Shown: positions 9,587 through 17,650, counted from the stretch's first letter. The stretch: DNA of 37,895 nt from Candidatus Kuenenbacteria bacterium CG08_land_8_20_14_0_20_37_23 (GCA_002778965.1 PEXX01000036.1:1-37895), one strand, 5' to 3'. A program made the numbers and translations. The notes: a model not told the origin generated them from the letters alone.

Positions 9587-10597
9587 ATGAACATGTCAAC
9601 TTTGGCAACAGGAAGACCAAATATTATTATTACTGGCGGGGCAGGATTTCTTGGCTCGAATCTGGCGGGAGACATGGTCAAGACAAGCAACATTATCTGC
9701 ATTGATAATTTTATAACTGGCAACCAAAAAAATATTGATATACTATTGCAAAATCCGTATTTTGAATTTTTGCGGCATGATATCACTCGTCCTCTTGATT
9801 TCGACCAATTTCCAGAATTAAAAAAATTCCAAATTAAAGCGCAGGGGATCCAGTCAATTTATAATTTTGCCTGTCCGACATCGCCTTCAAATCACGCGAA
9901 ACTTGCGCTGGAGATACTTGAAGCCAACTCGTCTGGCACGAAAAATATGCTTGATCTGGCAAAAGAGTACCATGCCGTTTTTGTCCACATCTCAAGTCAG
10001 CATATTTATGGAAAGGCAATGTCAAGCCAGCCGATTAAAGAAAGCTATCTTGGAGCAGTTGACCCAATCGGTCCCAGAAGCGCCTATGACGAGGGAAAAA
10101 GATTCGCGGAAACAATAGCTAGTTATTACAAAAGGCAATTTAATTTGAACGTGAAAATAGCCCGCCTGTTCACATGTTATGGTCCCAAAATGGCTATTAA
10201 TGACGGCCGTTCAATTCCTGACTTTATTTTTGACGCCTTGAACAATAAAGATTTAATAATCTATGGAGATGAAAAAACCGAAAATACTTTTTGTTATGTC
10301 GCTGATATTGTGGATGCTTTGATAAAAATTGAAAAATCATCGCTTGCTGGTGCTGTCAATATTGGACATTATGAAAAATATACGCTGAAAAATATTGCGG
10401 AACGTATTATCAAATTGTGTGAATCATCCTCGGTTATCACTTATAAAGAACCAGACTGGCACGTAGCCTCATACAATATTCCTGATATTTCTCTGGCTAA
10501 AGAAGAGCTTGGCTGGTTTCCAATGGTGGACATAGAAGATGGGCTGTTGCGTACTATTGAATATATGAGATCAAATTTAAGGATCTATCAAATATAG
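9587..10597 (+). CDS. NAD-dependent epimerase/dehydratase, UDP-glucuronate decarboxylase-like
   Basis: TGGAGFLGS, DNFITG, ACPTSP, YDEGKRFAE, ARLFTCYGP. Confidence 0.88.
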   Translation: MNMSTLATGRPNIIITGGAGFLGSNLAGDMVKTSNIICIDNFITGNQKNIDILLQNPYFEFLRHDITRPLDFDQFPELKKFQIKAQGIQSIYNFACPTSPSNHAKLALEILEANSSGTKNMLDLAKEYHAVFVHISSQHIYGKAMSSQPIKESYLGAVDPIGPRSAYDEGKRFAETIASYYKRQFNLNVKIARLFTCYGPKMAINDGRSIPDFIFDALNNKDLIIYGDEKTENTFCYVADIVDALIKIEKSSLAGAVNIGHYEKYTLKNIAERIIKLCESSSVITYKEPDWHVASYNIPDISLAKEELGWFPMVDIEDGLLRTIEYMRSNLRIYQI

Positions 10598-10606
10598 TAA
10601 ATCCCA

Positions 10607-10649
10607 AATTCTAAATCCAAACTAAAATTATTCTGGATTCAGAATTTTG
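10607..10649. terminator. AT-rich imperfect hairpin after the epimerase gene
   Basis: AAATTCTAAATCCA ... TGGATTCAGAATTT, 14-bp arms with one mismatch. Confidence 0.35.
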
Positions 10650-10685
10650 AATTTTATAAAAATGTTTCAATTAATTATTAATAAA

Positions 10686-10777
10686 GTGCGGAGTACTCTA
10701 GCGCCTAACGGCGCAACAGAGTGCCAATTCTCGCTGCTCGACGCAAAAGAGTTTGCGTCTGGCTAAACGCTGGAACT
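10686..10777 (+). promoter_or_regulatory. Structured 5' leader of metK (candidate riboswitch)
   Basis: GC-rich island with hairpins 10693-10724 and 10740-10759, plus an alternative helix between 10697-10703 and 10768-10774 next to the ATG. Confidence 0.5.
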
Positions 10778-11935
10778 ATGTTAAAACATATTTTTACTTC
10801 AGAATCCGTCACAGAAGGCCATCCTGATAAAATCGCGGACCAAATATCCGACGCCATTTTAGATGAGCTTATTAGACAAGACAAATTTAGTCACGCCGGC
10901 ATTGAAACTTTGCTCTCTACGGGGCTGGTGGTTATCGCCGGACAGATCAGAACCAAGGGCTATGTTGATATAGCTAAAATTGCGAGACAAACCATCAAAG
11001 AAATCGGCTATAACAACGGTAATATCGGTTTTTCCGCAGATGATTGCGGCGTCATCGTGGCAATTGATGAACAATCTCCGGATATTGCTCAAGGTGTTGA
11101 TAAAAATAAAGGCAAATATAAAAAACAAGGAGCCGGGGATCAGGGTTTAATGTTCGGTTATGCCTGTCGCGAAACTCGCGAGCTGATGCCGCTCTCAATT
11201 CTTATGTCGCATAAAATGGCCGCCAGACTGGCCGCGGTCAGAAAAAATAAAACCTTGCCTTATCTGCGGCCAGACGGCAAAATAGAATTGGCCGTTGAAT
11301 ATGAAAACACCAAACCGAAAAGACTGGATACGATAGTGGTGGCGGCCCAGCATAATGAGAAAATTTCCTTGCAAAAAATCCAGGCTGATATTATTAAATA
11401 TGTTGTTAAACCTGTTGCCGGCAAATATTTAGACGACAAGACAAAATTTTTTGTCAATGCCACTGGCCGTTTTGTCAAAGGCGGACCGCCAGCTGACACC
11501 GGTCTCACGGGTCGCAAAATTATTGTGGACACTTATGGCGGCCATGGCGCACACGGCGGCGGTTGTTTTTCCGGCAAGGACCCGAGTAAGGTTGACCGTT
11601 CCGCGTCCTATATGGCGCGCTATATTGCCAAAAATATGGTGGCGGCGGGTCTGGCTGATAGATGCGAAATTCAAATCGCTTATGTCATTGGCGTGGCCGA
11701 ACCGGTTTCAGTCTTAGTTGACACCAAGGGCACTGGAAAAATAAATGATGAAAAACTGGAAAAAATCGTTCGTCAAGAATTTCCTCTTACACCTGAAGGT
11801 ATTATCAACCACCTGCGACTATTGCGACCTATTTACAAAAAAACAGCGACCTACGGCCATTTTGGCCGCGAATTGCCGGAATTCACCTGGGAGAAAAAAG
11901 ACAAAATTGCTATTCTGAAAAAATATTTAAGATAA
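10778..11935 (+). CDS. metK: S-adenosylmethionine synthetase
   Basis: [35 protein letters not shown]. The real start is ATG 10778; the ORF track extends into the leader. Confidence 0.98.
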   Translation: MLKHIFTSESVTEGHPDKIADQISDAILDELIRQDKFSHAGIETLLSTGLVVIAGQIRTKGYVDIAKIARQTIKEIGYNNGNIGFSADDCGVIVAIDEQSPDIAQGVDKNKGKYKKQGAGDQGLMFGYACRETRELMPLSILMSHKMAARLAAVRKNKTLPYLRPDGKIELAVEYENTKPKRLDTIVVAAQHNEKISLQKIQADIIKYVVKPVAGKYLDDKTKFFVNATGRFVKGGPPADTGLTGRKIIVDTYGGHGAHGGGCFSGKDPSKVDRSASYMARYIAKNMVAAGLADRCEIQIAYVIGVAEPVSVLVDTKGTGKINDEKLEKIVRQEFPLTPEGIINHLRLLRPIYKKTATYGHFGRELPEFTWEKKDKIAILKKYLR

Positions 11936-12007
11936 AATAATTTATTTAACCATTTTCCCAAATTGTGGTATAATAAAGTCATTAGCTTATTTTCATATTA
12001 AAACCTC

Positions 12008-12151
12008 ATGCAAATAACCTACTGTGACAAATGCAACCAGCAAAGAAATAATATTGTCAAAGTGTTGCGCAATTAGTATCAGCATCGGAAAATAATACTT
12101 TGCGGTTCGTCTTTAAGCGGTAATCTTAGCCAAAATAGAGTTAAAATTTAA
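12008..12151 (+). pseudogene. Degraded small zinc-ribbon-like gene
   Basis: MQITYCDKC...LRN*YQHRKIILCGSS...: in-frame TAG at 12074-12076 and the second CxxC reads CxxS. An extended -10 (TGGTATAAT) sits at 11966-11974. Confidence 0.4.
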
Positions 12152-12168
12152 AATTGATCCCAACACCT

Positions 12169-12543
12169 ATGCTTCCCAAAACTCATTTCCGTAAATTCAC
12201 GTTAATTATACTTCTCTTTATTCTATGCGCCAGTTTTTTAATAGCTCAAACAGCCGATACAACTTCCATAGAAAATCCATTAAAGAAAGAAGGCGGGCCA
12301 ATTGATCCGGAAGAATTATATGGGAGAATCATTTCCGGACTTTTAGGCTTTGTAGGCATTGTTTCACTGGTAGCTTTTGTATATGCCGGTTTTGTTTTTT
12401 TGATTTCCGCAGGTAATCCGGAACGGGTCAAAAAAGCAAAAGACACCATGATATACGCGGTAATTGGCGTGTTCGTTTCTATGGCCTCTTACGCTATTTT
12501 AAGTTTTATCTTCACCACTTTGGAAGAATCCACCGGACAATAA
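12169..12543 (+). CDS. TrbC/VirB2-like pilin (CPR pilin family)
   Basis: Signal-like N-terminus, IENPL, and two hydrophobic helices flanking YAGF..ISAGNPERVKKAKDTMIYAVIG. Confidence 0.85.
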   Translation: MLPKTHFRKFTLIILLFILCASFLIAQTADTTSIENPLKKEGGPIDPEELYGRIISGLLGFVGIVSLVAFVYAGFVFLISAGNPERVKKAKDTMIYAVIGVFVSMASYAILSFIFTTLEESTGQ

Positions 12544-12546
12544 ACC

Positions 12547-12746
12547 CATGTTTTTTATTTTTTAACTTTAACCCACAATAACTCCGGAGAACTGAAGGCA
12601 GGTCAAGTGGGTAAAGATAGAAGGCGTCATAAATTATTGGTATTTATAACGACGTCTTCAGGTCTGGCGTATACGCACTTCCTACCCTCAGATCTCTATA
12701 GTTATTTTCATTAAAAAATTAAATAAGATAATTATCTTAAATCATG
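12547..12746 (-). ncRNA. Long imperfect hairpin RNA, 6S-RNA-like candidate
   Basis: Core 12577-12706 folds end to end. The minus-strand helix CUGAGGGUAGG/CCUGCCUUCAG is fully paired using two G-U. TTGACA lies on the minus strand at 12777-12782. No ORF. Confidence 0.5.
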
Positions 12747-12909
12747 TGACCTTATCTAAGCATATTTTAATAATTTTGTCAAGTATTTATTAAAAAATTC
12801 AAAAAGGCCTATAATAAATATACTTGTGTATCATAAATACATTACCGATTCTTGTTAACTTTCAGCCCGCGGCTGGATAGCCACAAGCTGATTTTTTATT
12901 TATCGTTTT

Positions 12910-13821
12910 ATGGCCATTTTGGTTACCGGGGGTGCAGGGTTTATTGGCTCGCATCTAACCGACAGTTTAATAGCCAAAAAACACCGAGTCATCGTTTTGG
13001 ATGACCTGTCTTCGGGGTTTAAAAAAAATATCAATGCCCAAGCCAAATTTTACCAACTGGACATTCAAAACAAAAAACTGAAAAATATTTTCAAAAAAGA
13101 AAAACCAAAGATTGTTTATCACTTGGCTGCCCAAATAAATGTCAGAAGATCAATTCAGGACCCAATTTTTGATGCCCAGAAGAATATTTTGGGTTCGCTA
13201 AATCTGCTGGAAAATTGCATAAAATATGCAGTAAAAAAATTTATCTTTATTTCAACAGGCGGAGCCATCTATGGCGATGGCGTTAAAGTTCCCACTCAGG
13301 AAAATGCCTTGAAACGGCCAACTTCGCCGTATGGCATTGCCAAATTATCTATTGAAAAATATCTCCACTACTACAACAATCAATATAACTTTAGATATAC
13401 TGTTCTACGTTTAGCCAATGTTTACGGTCCGCGCCAAAATTGGGAAGGCGAAGCTGGCGTAGTCGCTATTTTTTTAAATAATTTGAAAAATAAAAAACCT
13501 CTTAAAATTTTTGGCGGAAAACAAACCAGGGATTTTGTTTATGTATCCGATGTTGTGAATGCGTGCATCAAAGTGCTAAATCAAAAAAAAACAGCTATTT
13601 ACAATATCGGCACCGGAGAAGAAACAACCGTCAACCAGCTCGCAAAAAAAATATTAAAAATTTCAAACAAAAAAAACACAATTAAACATTTGCCATATAT
13701 CAAAGGCGAACAATTGAAAAATTGTCTGTCTTTTGCTAAAATAAAACAAGAGTTGCAATGGCAACCGCAATATGATTTAAATAGGGGATTGGAAGCAACC
13801 ATGGACTATTTTAAAAAATAA
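12910..13821 (+). CDS. NAD-dependent epimerase (UDP-glucose 4-epimerase-like)
   Basis: TGGAGFIGSH, HLAAQ, STGGAIYG, YGIAK, RLANVYGPRQ. Confidence 0.9.
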   Translation: MAILVTGGAGFIGSHLTDSLIAKKHRVIVLDDLSSGFKKNINAQAKFYQLDIQNKKLKNIFKKEKPKIVYHLAAQINVRRSIQDPIFDAQKNILGSLNLLENCIKYAVKKFIFISTGGAIYGDGVKVPTQENALKRPTSPYGIAKLSIEKYLHYYNNQYNFRYTVLRLANVYGPRQNWEGEAGVVAIFLNNLKNKKPLKIFGGKQTRDFVYVSDVVNACIKVLNQKKTAIYNIGTGEETTVNQLAKKILKISNKKNTIKHLPYIKGEQLKNCLSFAKIKQELQWQPQYDLNRGLEATMDYFKK

Positions 13822-13899
13822 AGACCAGATTTCATTTATTTTAATTCCAGTATCGGTATATCATAAAAACATTTTTCTGATTTTATTTATTTCCATACT

Positions 13900-15156
13900 A
13901 TGCTCCCCCAAAAATCCTTTTTACAAACCATGCACATGAAAACTCAATTAAATAAATATTTTTTACTTATCCTTATTTTGGGTTTTATTTTGTCGCCATG
14001 TTATATTTTGGCTGAAGTCGGAGGCGAAAGTGAAATCAAAAAATTGGCGGATGAAATTAAAGACAAACAGGTTCAAATAGACGAGCTGCGCGCTAAAATT
14101 GAGATCTACCAGAAAAATTTATCAAAGGCTCAATCTGAAACAAACTCGCTGAAAAATCAAATATATATTTTAGAGACTAAAATTGATAAAAAAGAAACTG
14201 AAATAAAACTTAATCAAGAAGAAACTGAAGAAACAAATTTGGAAATAAAAAAAACCGAGGAGGAAATTGAGTACAACGCGGAAGAAACGCAGGACAAAAA
14301 GAAAAAACTTGGGAAATTGTTGAGAGAGAGATATATTATAGATCAAAAAAATGACCTTGAGATAATCATTTTGAATGAGTCGCTGTCAGATTTCTTTCGC
14401 GTATTTCAAACTGCGGAAACAATCCAGGCAAGCGTTAACCAAACACTCATAGAGCTTAAAGAATTAAAAAAAAATCTGTTTGGGAAACAGCTTGAGTTAG
14501 AAGAAAAAAAGGAAAAACTTAACCATCTTAATGATGAATTGACAGGCTATAAAACAAATCTGGAGAGCCAACAATCAGTCAAGCAAAATATTTTATATCA
14601 GACAAAAAATTCGGAAGAGCGCTACGAAAACATGGTTAATGAACTCAGACTGGAACAGCAGCGCATGAACTCCGAGATTGTTGTTTTGGAAAAAACTATT
14701 CGTCAGAAACTTACTGATGACAAAAATAAGCTTGCCGAGCTTGGCAACGCAACATTTACATGGCCTGTGCCTAGTAGATATGTTACTGCCGCTTTCCATG
14801 ATCCTGATTATCCATTTCGCTATATTTTTGAACATCCCGGGATTGATATCAGAGCTTCGCAAGGCACGCCTCTCAAAGCATCCGCTTCAGGATATGTGGC
14901 GAAAGTTCAAGATGGTGGACGTTACGGTTATTCATATATTATGCTAATTCACAATGATGGCTTTGCCACTGTTTACGGCCACTTGAGCAAAATGTATGTG
15001 TCAGCGGATCAATTCGTCACTCAAGGCGAAGTAATTGGCGCGACCGGCGGCATGCCAGGCACTCATGGTGCCGGCCGTCTGACTACAGCTCCCCATATCC
15101 ATTTTGAGATAAGAAAAAATGGCATACCAGTCAATCCACTGGACTATCTGCCTTGA
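13900..15156 (+). CDS. M23 peptidoglycan endopeptidase with long coiled coil (EnvC/PcsB-like)
   Basis: Signal/TM segment, about 230-aa heptad region, HPGID, YGHL and PHIHFE zinc motifs. The start may be a downstream ATG (13930 or 13936). Confidence 0.92.
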   Translation: MLPQKSFLQTMHMKTQLNKYFLLILILGFILSPCYILAEVGGESEIKKLADEIKDKQVQIDELRAKIEIYQKNLSKAQSETNSLKNQIYILETKIDKKETEIKLNQEETEETNLEIKKTEEEIEYNAEETQDKKKKLGKLLRERYIIDQKNDLEIIILNESLSDFFRVFQTAETIQASVNQTLIELKELKKNLFGKQLELEEKKEKLNHLNDELTGYKTNLESQQSVKQNILYQTKNSEERYENMVNELRLEQQRMNSEIVVLEKTIRQKLTDDKNKLAELGNATFTWPVPSRYVTAAFHDPDYPFRYIFEHPGIDIRASQGTPLKASASGYVAKVQDGGRYGYSYIMLIHNDGFATVYGHLSKMYVSADQFVTQGEVIGATGGMPGTHGAGRLTTAPHIHFEIRKNGIPVNPLDYLP

Positions 15157-15159
15157 TTT

Positions 15160-15555
15160 ATGTCTCATGAAGAACAAATTGTCCAAATATTCTCCCGACT
15201 TAAGGAGATTTTTATTTTAGAAAATTTTCAATTCAAAATCATGCGCCGCCAGATAGACGAAGAGGGGAGAGGGGTGCTCAATTTGAAACGCAGCTACCGC
15301 CTAGCCCATACCAGCCTCAAAAACAAAACAATTACCGTTGATATCTACACACCGCGTTTCCGCAAGCCCAAATCAATCAGGTCAATTTTGAATATTCTCG
15401 CTCATGAAATCGCCCATCACCAAAAACTACCCTTCCGCCAACGCTTCCGCGGCCGTATTATTACTCGTCAGCACTATCCCGCTTTTTATGAGCAGGTTAA
15501 TAAAAATATAGAAAAAATAAAGAGAGACGAGATTTTAAAAGAATATTTTAAATAA
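15160..15555 (+). CDS. Small basic zincin-like protein (SprT/WLM-like)
   Basis: LAHEIAH (HExxH) motif with a downstream His (QHYPAF). Confidence 0.65.
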   Translation: MSHEEQIVQIFSRLKEIFILENFQFKIMRRQIDEEGRGVLNLKRSYRLAHTSLKNKTITVDIYTPRFRKPKSIRSILNILAHEIAHHQKLPFRQRFRGRIITRQHYPAFYEQVNKNIEKIKRDEILKEYFK

Positions 15556-15681
15556 GGAGTAAAAAATGGATTTCATATTTACCTTTTCTTTTTTGCGTAT
15601 CAATATAATACGCTTATCATAGCCCAATGATACAAAAATTACGCGCCAAACCAACTCCCAACAATAGCCGCTAACATTTAT

Positions 15682-15729
15682 TTGACATAAATTTAATAAT
15701 GATATAATCTATAATTAAATATATCATTA
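15682..15729 (+). promoter_or_regulatory. Promoter and operator of the toxin-antitoxin operon
   Basis: TTGACA (15682) and TGATATAAT (-10 at 15703). A perfect 10-bp inverted repeat TAATGATATA-N13-TATATCATTA overlaps the -10. Confidence 0.6.
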
Positions 15730-15744
15730 ATTATATAATCTAAT

Positions 15745-16032
15745 ATGAACTCTATTCTACCTCAAACAATCTCTATCAGTGATTTACAGAAGAGAACCAA
15801 AGAAATATTTGATACTAAATTACAGGATAATGCCCCAACTCTGATACTCAATAGAAATGAGAAAGTCGGAGTTTTAATCAAACCCATGTTTTTTGAGGAA
15901 TTAATGTCAACCTATGAAGATTATCTGGACGGATTGGAGCTAATGAACGCCATCAACACCACTCCCAAAAAAGACCTTGAACCTTGGGATAAAATAAAGT
16001 TAGAGTTAAAAAAACACGGCAAATTATCCTAA
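15745..16032 (+). CDS. Type II antitoxin, Phd/YefM family
   Basis: TISISDLQKR...PTLILNRNEKVGVLI pattern, acidic C-terminus, 3 nt upstream of a relE-like gene. Confidence 0.85.
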   Translation: MNSILPQTISISDLQKRTKEIFDTKLQDNAPTLILNRNEKVGVLIKPMFFEELMSTYEDYLDGLELMNAINTTPKKDLEPWDKIKLELKKHGKLS

Positions 16033-16035
16033 AAT

Positions 16036-16293
16036 ATGTACAAAATATTTCTTACTAGTAATGCCAAAAAGAGCTTATTTAAGTTGCCTCAAGAAACCGT
16101 AGAAAAAATCAATCGGGTCTTTGATATATTACAGCATAATCCCTTCACCGCTGATCACCATATCAAAAAATTACACCAGCCATTAATCGGCTATCGTTAT
16201 AAAGTCTGGCCCTATCGCATTTTATATACTGTGGATAATTCCCAAAAAATAATTGTAGTTTACCGCATTTTTCATCGTGGTAGGGGATATTAA
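16036..16293 (+). CDS. Type II toxin, RelE/ParE family
   Basis: 85 aa, basic; AKKSLFKL, IKKL, YRYKVWPYRILY, IFHRGRGY. Confidence 0.9.
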   Translation: MYKIFLTSNAKKSLFKLPQETVEKINRVFDILQHNPFTADHHIKKLHQPLIGYRYKVWPYRILYTVDNSQKIIVVYRIFHRGRGY

Positions 16294-16335
16294 CTCCGCT
16301 GGTTCTGAACCATAAATTTTGTTAACACCTACCAC

Positions 16336-16749
16336 GCCTATTATCACCAGTATAGTCTTTAAACACATTCAGCCATTCCCTCGGCTGTTTTTTATTACTC
16401 TTTAAATTATGCCAACTTGACAACAGTCTCTTTTGGCCATTCACATTTCCAGTAAAACAAGGGAGACCCTACGGCCCGCCAATCAAACCAACCCCGCCTA
16501 AACATTTCATATAGACTATATGAAATGTTTAGGCAGCGGCCCACACTCATCTCTCCACCGCCTAAATGGCCGGTATAGTCTATTTCGGCCATTCAGGCAC
16601 CGACGGAGAAAGGGGAGTCGCGAGCGCTAACCCGCCCTCGCCCAACAGCTCCCGGCAATGGCTCGTACAGTCTATTCGAGCCATTTTCTGTCACCCCCCC
16701 CAGATCTCCCCGCTAAATCGCTAAAACAGACTATATTAGCGCTTTCTGC
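16336..16749. repeat. Array of six degenerate palindromic repeats sharing the core WAYAGWCTNTW
   Basis: Cores start at 16351, 16422, 16510, 16574, 16666 and 16725. The copy at 16496-16534 has perfect 19-bp arms around a single central base. Confidence 0.7.
16370..16393 (+). terminator. Intrinsic terminator after the TA operon
   Basis: CAGCC-N8-GGCTG followed by T6. Confidence 0.45.
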
Positions 16750-16821
16750 CGCCCGCCTGATTCTTTCTAGGCGGTTTTTATGTTACAATAGAAGTACTCT
16801 AAAGCGGGCGACACCAACCAT

Positions 16822-17400
16822 ATGCAAAACTGCTTTGAAAAATTCAATCAAAAAATCAACCATAAAAATAATATCATCTATATTTTTATTGACGCCTCTA
16901 ACCTATGGGAAGCGCAAAAAGCCAAGGGTAGATTTCTAGATTATGAAAAAACCCTGAAATTTATCAGGGATAATTTCACTTATTACAGCGCTTACCCGGC
17001 CGAGGGAACAAGGAATTATAATCTCGACGGCCGACATAAATTTTTTACTTTTCTCAACAAAAGCCTGGGATTTGAAGTGCGCAAAAAAGAACTCAAAAGA
17101 ATTACCGTGGTAGATGAGCATGGCGAGAGTATTAAAGAAAAAGGAGATATGGATGTTTGGATTACTCTCGACGCGGTCCATCATCTAAACAAATATCACA
17201 CCGCCATTCTATTTACGGGCGACTCGGATTTTCTCCCTCTGATCAACTACCTAAAAAATAACGGTAAAAAAGTTTTTATATTTTCTTCTCAAAATAATAT
17301 CTCCGAAGAATTGCGAACTGGCGGCGACGGCTATGCTGATGTCCTGAAAATACCCCGCATCTGGGGCCGAGCGTTAAAGTACAGGGAAGAAAAGCAATAA
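16822..17400 (+). CDS. NYN domain (LabA/DUF88, PIN-like) predicted ribonuclease
   Basis: FIDASNL, EKGDMDV, FTGDSDF and SEELR motifs with the acidic catalytic residues intact. Confidence 0.92.
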   Translation: MQNCFEKFNQKINHKNNIIYIFIDASNLWEAQKAKGRFLDYEKTLKFIRDNFTYYSAYPAEGTRNYNLDGRHKFFTFLNKSLGFEVRKKELKRITVVDEHGESIKEKGDMDVWITLDAVHHLNKYHTAILFTGDSDFLPLINYLKNNGKKVFIFSSQNNISEELRTGGDGYADVLKIPRIWGRALKYREEKQ

Positions 17401-17474
17401 AAAAAACTACCCTCCGCGAGGAGAGTAGCTCCTGGATGTAATACCCTTTTAGTTCCATGGCAGAACCAAAAGAC
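17399..17474 (-). ncRNA. About 75-nt small RNA convergent with the NYN gene
   Basis: Promoter TTGACT-N17-TATTAT (17509-17481), 10-bp 5' hairpin, 17-nt linker, 9-bp terminator hairpin plus U8. Both stems use G-U pairs that work only on the minus strand. Confidence 0.65.
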
Positions 17475-17513
17475 ATTATTATAATATCCTCTTCTGCCAA
17501 AAAAGTCAAATTT

Positions 17514-17522
17514 TTATCCACA
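17514..17522 (+). promoter_or_regulatory. Perfect DnaA box
   Basis: TTATCCACA, 4 nt upstream of the sRNA -35. Confidence 0.45.
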
Positions 17523-17650
17523 GCTTACTGATTTTAATATCATTTTGACGTAAAATTATTAGGCCATCAAGCTCCTTATAATCTTTCCTTTAACCAGTCT
17601 AATTCTTTCTAGCAGGCGGTTTTTATATTCACCGATCAATAATTCTTAAT

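Noticed and set aside
10721..10777. 19-aa N-terminal extension of MetK, and a c-di-GMP-I riboswitch (GACGCAAA)
   Set aside because: MetK homology begins at ATG 10778. The rest of the c-di-GMP-I consensus (GGCAAA, GNRA-capped P1) is absent.
15556..15676. Minus-strand hydrophobic ORF fragment MLAAIVGSWFGA*
   Set aside because: Too short and interrupted to assign; may be a decayed gene remnant.
16336..16749. Canonical CRISPR array
   Set aside because: The repeats differ too much in primary sequence, spacing is irregular (59-92 nt) and there are no cas genes in the window.
16407..16939. ORFs 16407-16592(-) and 16658-16939(+)
   Set aside because: They run through the palindrome array or overlap NYN, with no recognisable motifs.
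17276..17521. 81-aa minus-strand ORF over the sRNA
   Set aside because: It starts inside the DnaA box upstream of the predicted promoter and would read through a strong terminator.
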